This document shows, piece by piece, positions 60,953 through 64,000 of a stretch of DNA of 64,000 nucleotides. How positions within the stretch are numbered: position 1 is the stretch's first letter; each line of letters opens with the position of its first letter. Both the position numbers and the translations under genes were made by a program. The stretch comes from Lama guanicoe (taxonomy: Eukaryota): assembly GCA_013239625.1 (NCBI GenBank), contig MU053468.1, positions 62,001 to 126,000 of the forward strand, read 5' to 3'. The notes under the pieces were generated by a model. The model was not told where the DNA came from. It saw only the letters and a list, made by a program, of their open reading frames with translations, and made no database searches.

Positions 60953-63686
60953 CAGGTTTGGGGAAGAAGATAAGAATTTGGTTGGGGAAAAATCTGAGTT
61001 GAACACTATTTGCACAGTCATAACCAAGTGAACAGTGACCATTGCTTTGACCAAAAATTGTGATGTGACCACGTTGGGAGAGTGGGGGGACTGACTGGGA
61101 GAAAGTGATGGGGTCATGGTGTGGAAGAAGCAGATTCTTACCTCCCATTGTGGGAGGTCAAGGGATGTATTCATAGGGAAAATCAAGAGAGAAGAGTGAA
61201 ACAATGTCAATTAGAAATAGAGCGATAAATACAAAGGGAAATATAAGAAAGAACTGTAAGAATGGGTCCTTCTGGGGAGCAAGAGGGGGCGAGGGTGTGG
61301 GAGGGGAAAAGGCTAGTGCTTTTCAGTGTGTCTTTTAGTACCATTTGACTTTTTGTTCTACGTACTTGTATTACGTTGATAAAATAGTTTTTTAAAGGAT
61401 GTAGGTTTTGTTTTACTAAAATCAATTTTTTTTAAAATAAAGGAAAAAATACCCAATCATAGGGCAAGGGCAATTTCAGAAAACACCCAACCCAGTCCCC
61501 TTTCCACTCTGGGCCTTGGCCTTCAGGTCTCTGGCCTGAAAGAGGGCTGAGACCAACACAGGGCACCATTCACATCTTGCTGTCCCAGTGAGGACCGCTG
61601 TCCCCTCAAGATCATCTCACTAATCCCCCCCCATCCCTTCCACGCTGGTGGTGCAGGGCTGATGCTCACCTGAAAGAGGAGAAAACTATGGCTCCGTGAG
61701 TTTATATGGTCATTAAAAATATGGACTGGAAGCGGGGTCTTCTGGCTTATGGTGTCGTGGTCTCTCCAGGCTAAACACGGTGGTTGCCATCACTGTAGAC
61801 GATACTGGAAGGTGGGAGGGGGGCAGGGGAGAGAGGGAGGGCATGTTCTTGGAAGGGAAGTCCATCCCTCTAAATTAAGTGCATTATTTTTCCCGAATAA
61901 AAACACACCTGTCATGAAATCCACTGCCCCAAAAGATACTTGATACAGCAACTGTGATGGCCCCTGGCTGAAAATATTCTGTTTCCCCTTAGTCACTCTC
62001 TTTGGGTAGCGTAAGCCTGAGGATAAAGTAACAGAAAGAAACAAACAGATCTCCTTTGGAATGAGATTCCTAGGCCCGGACGAAAACTGCAGCGACGGGG
62101 TAGGGGACACAGTTCTGGACAGAACCTTGAGTTTTTCTCTGGAGAATCAGTGCCTCTCGTGGGGGTGGGCCTGGTTGTGCTTAGAGCCCAGCTCTGCCCC
62201 AGGGAGCGGGGGGGGGGCAGAGGGAAAGCCACAGTGGGAGGCAAGATCCTTGTGAATCAGCTTCCCCTTCGCAGACCTGCTTCAGTTCTGTCCAAGCCTT
62301 TAATAGAGGGATAAAGTGGCCTGGCGTCCCCCAAACTTGCCAACGTGCAATACGATAGGAACCAGGACAGTGGAGTGGTGTCAACATGTGGGCAGATGAT
62401 CTGTCCCAGTCCAATCAACAGAGCCTCCCCGAGCACCTACTGTGTGCAAAGTCTGTCCAAGGCTGGGATGGCAGGGGGGAGGGGGATGAGCACACAGCCC
62501 TCTCTCTGCCCCCCAGGGAATCCATGCATAAACTCGGCAGTGGTTTGCTCTGTGATTCTGCCACGTGCCACGTGGTTAATGCAATTTGCTTCGTCCCACT
62601 AGGACGGATCTGATGCTGTACTCTGCTGCGGGCGGGGTTTCAGGCACCGGAAGGTGCTGCCCTGCGGGTCATTCAGGGAGGTCTGACCCCTCCTTGCCTT
62701 CTGGCCAGTGCAGCAGACCCCCGCGGTGTTCTCAGCACTCATCCGTTCTAACCGAACGTGATTTTCCTTCTTTTCAGGCTCTGCTAATGACCCAAGGGAA
62801 GGAAACCTTCCCAGTGGACTCTCCGTGACACTAATTCCCATTCCTCATCCAAGGCAGGGACGCTGCCCTCTGGGAGCTGAAATCTGAACCTCTTAACCCA
62901 TGGTGGTTCCAGTTCAAGCCTGGAGAAGCTCAGTGACAGCCTGTTCCCTTCGCCTCCATTTAGCAACATCTGCTCCACAAACAAACACCTGACTCTGCTC
63001 CGCCCGCTGCCGGTCAGGAGTCTCCTGCGATTGGAACTGAAGCAATGCTGGGTTAGCACGTCCCGCTGGAAGCAGACGCAGCGGCACCTGATTCATTCTG
63101 AAAGGAAGCACTTAACCTTCAGAAACTTGGGCCGGGGCCGAGGCGCCCAGAACAGCCAATTCATTCAGCCCATTCCTCCTGTGCTCGCCTGGCACAGAGC
63201 ATCTATTCAAAAAATACTCATGAAGCACCTACTGTGTGTTAGGCTCTTGTTAGGTCATGGGCACCCAGTAGGGAGCCAGGCCCGCTCTCTGACCTCCTGG
63301 TGCTTACAGTCTAGTGACAAGAGTGGTGAGTGAGAGGACAGAGTAAGTTTATGGCGCTCTGGGAACAGAGATGGTGGAGGGCTGTCCATGAAGGCCTCCC
63401 AGAGAAGGTGATGTTTAGAGTGAGCTCTGAACATGAAGGATTCAGGTGAACAGTGGGGGACAAAGGTAAAGGTGAGAGTTGGAGCCAGGTTAGGTGGTTT
63501 TCAATGCCCTGATGAGGAATCGCTTATCTTACGGGTGACAGGAATCCATTCAGTGGAGGTGGTGATGCAGTCAGATTTGCGCTGGAAGATCTCCCTGGTG
63601 GCCCTGCACAGAGGATGGGTTACAGAAGGCCATGAATGGAGGCCTGGAAGCCGGCTTAGGAGGTAATTGTTCTGATCACGTGTTTC

Positions 63687-63787
63687 CATGCATGAGGTCC
63701 TGGGTTCAACCCCCAGCACCTCCATTAAATAAACACATAAATAAGCAAATAAACCTAATTACCTCCCTCCAAAAAAAAAACAAAAAG
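63687..63787 (+). mobile_element. 5'-truncated Vic-1-like SINE
   Basis: B-box half GGTCCTGGGTTCAACCCCCAGCACCTCC, then CCTAATTACCTCCC and a poly(A) tail. Confidence 0.8.
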
Positions 63788-64000
63788 TAACTTAAAAACA
63801 ATTTTTAAAAAAGCACCCTTTTCAGCTCCTGTCTAATCACAGAATCAGGCAAAAATCATCACTCAATAATCCTAAAAGTGTCGGGGGACGGGACACTGAC
63901 ATGGGATACGCACATGGTCTCAAGAACATCACTCACAGATTCCTAACTAATTACAGGGGGAAAGAAGGCAGGGGAGGGGTCTGCTGGAGCCCCTTCACCA

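Noticed and set aside
52000..64000. SMTNL2 or FBXO39 coding exons
   Set aside because: No recognisable calponin-homology or F-box peptides in any frame; these genes probably lie beyond the window.

Overview
Mammalian genomic DNA, most likely camelid, inferred from four tRNA-Ala-derived Vic-1-type SINEs. It holds four spliced protein-coding genes whose exons I reconstructed by hand from GT-AG boundaries and reading frame: the 3' part of SPNS2 (+, exons 3-13), complete MYBBP1A (-, 26 coding exons, 1346 aa), complete GGT6 (-, 4 exons) and complete TEKT1 (-, 7 coding exons, 418 aa). The rest is introns and intergenic DNA rich in MIR, L2, L1, LTR and DNA-transposon relics. Main oddities: (1) an apparently perfect 363-bp tandem duplication plus one extra base in the last GGT6 exon that frameshifts the C-terminus, either an assembly artefact or a recent allele; (2) TEKT1 sits directly next to GGT6 with no SMTNL2 between them, which suggests a local inversion relative to the mouse/human order as I recall it; (3) two promoter-like modules upstream of TEKT1, a proximal X-box/CRE module and a distal CDE/CHR-NF-Y-MYB module; (4) possible tail-to-tail overlap of the SPNS2 and MYBBP1A 3' ends. 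I found no convincing evidence of a wholly new gene system. Most ORFs in the supplied track are GC-rich noise or shadows of real exons.
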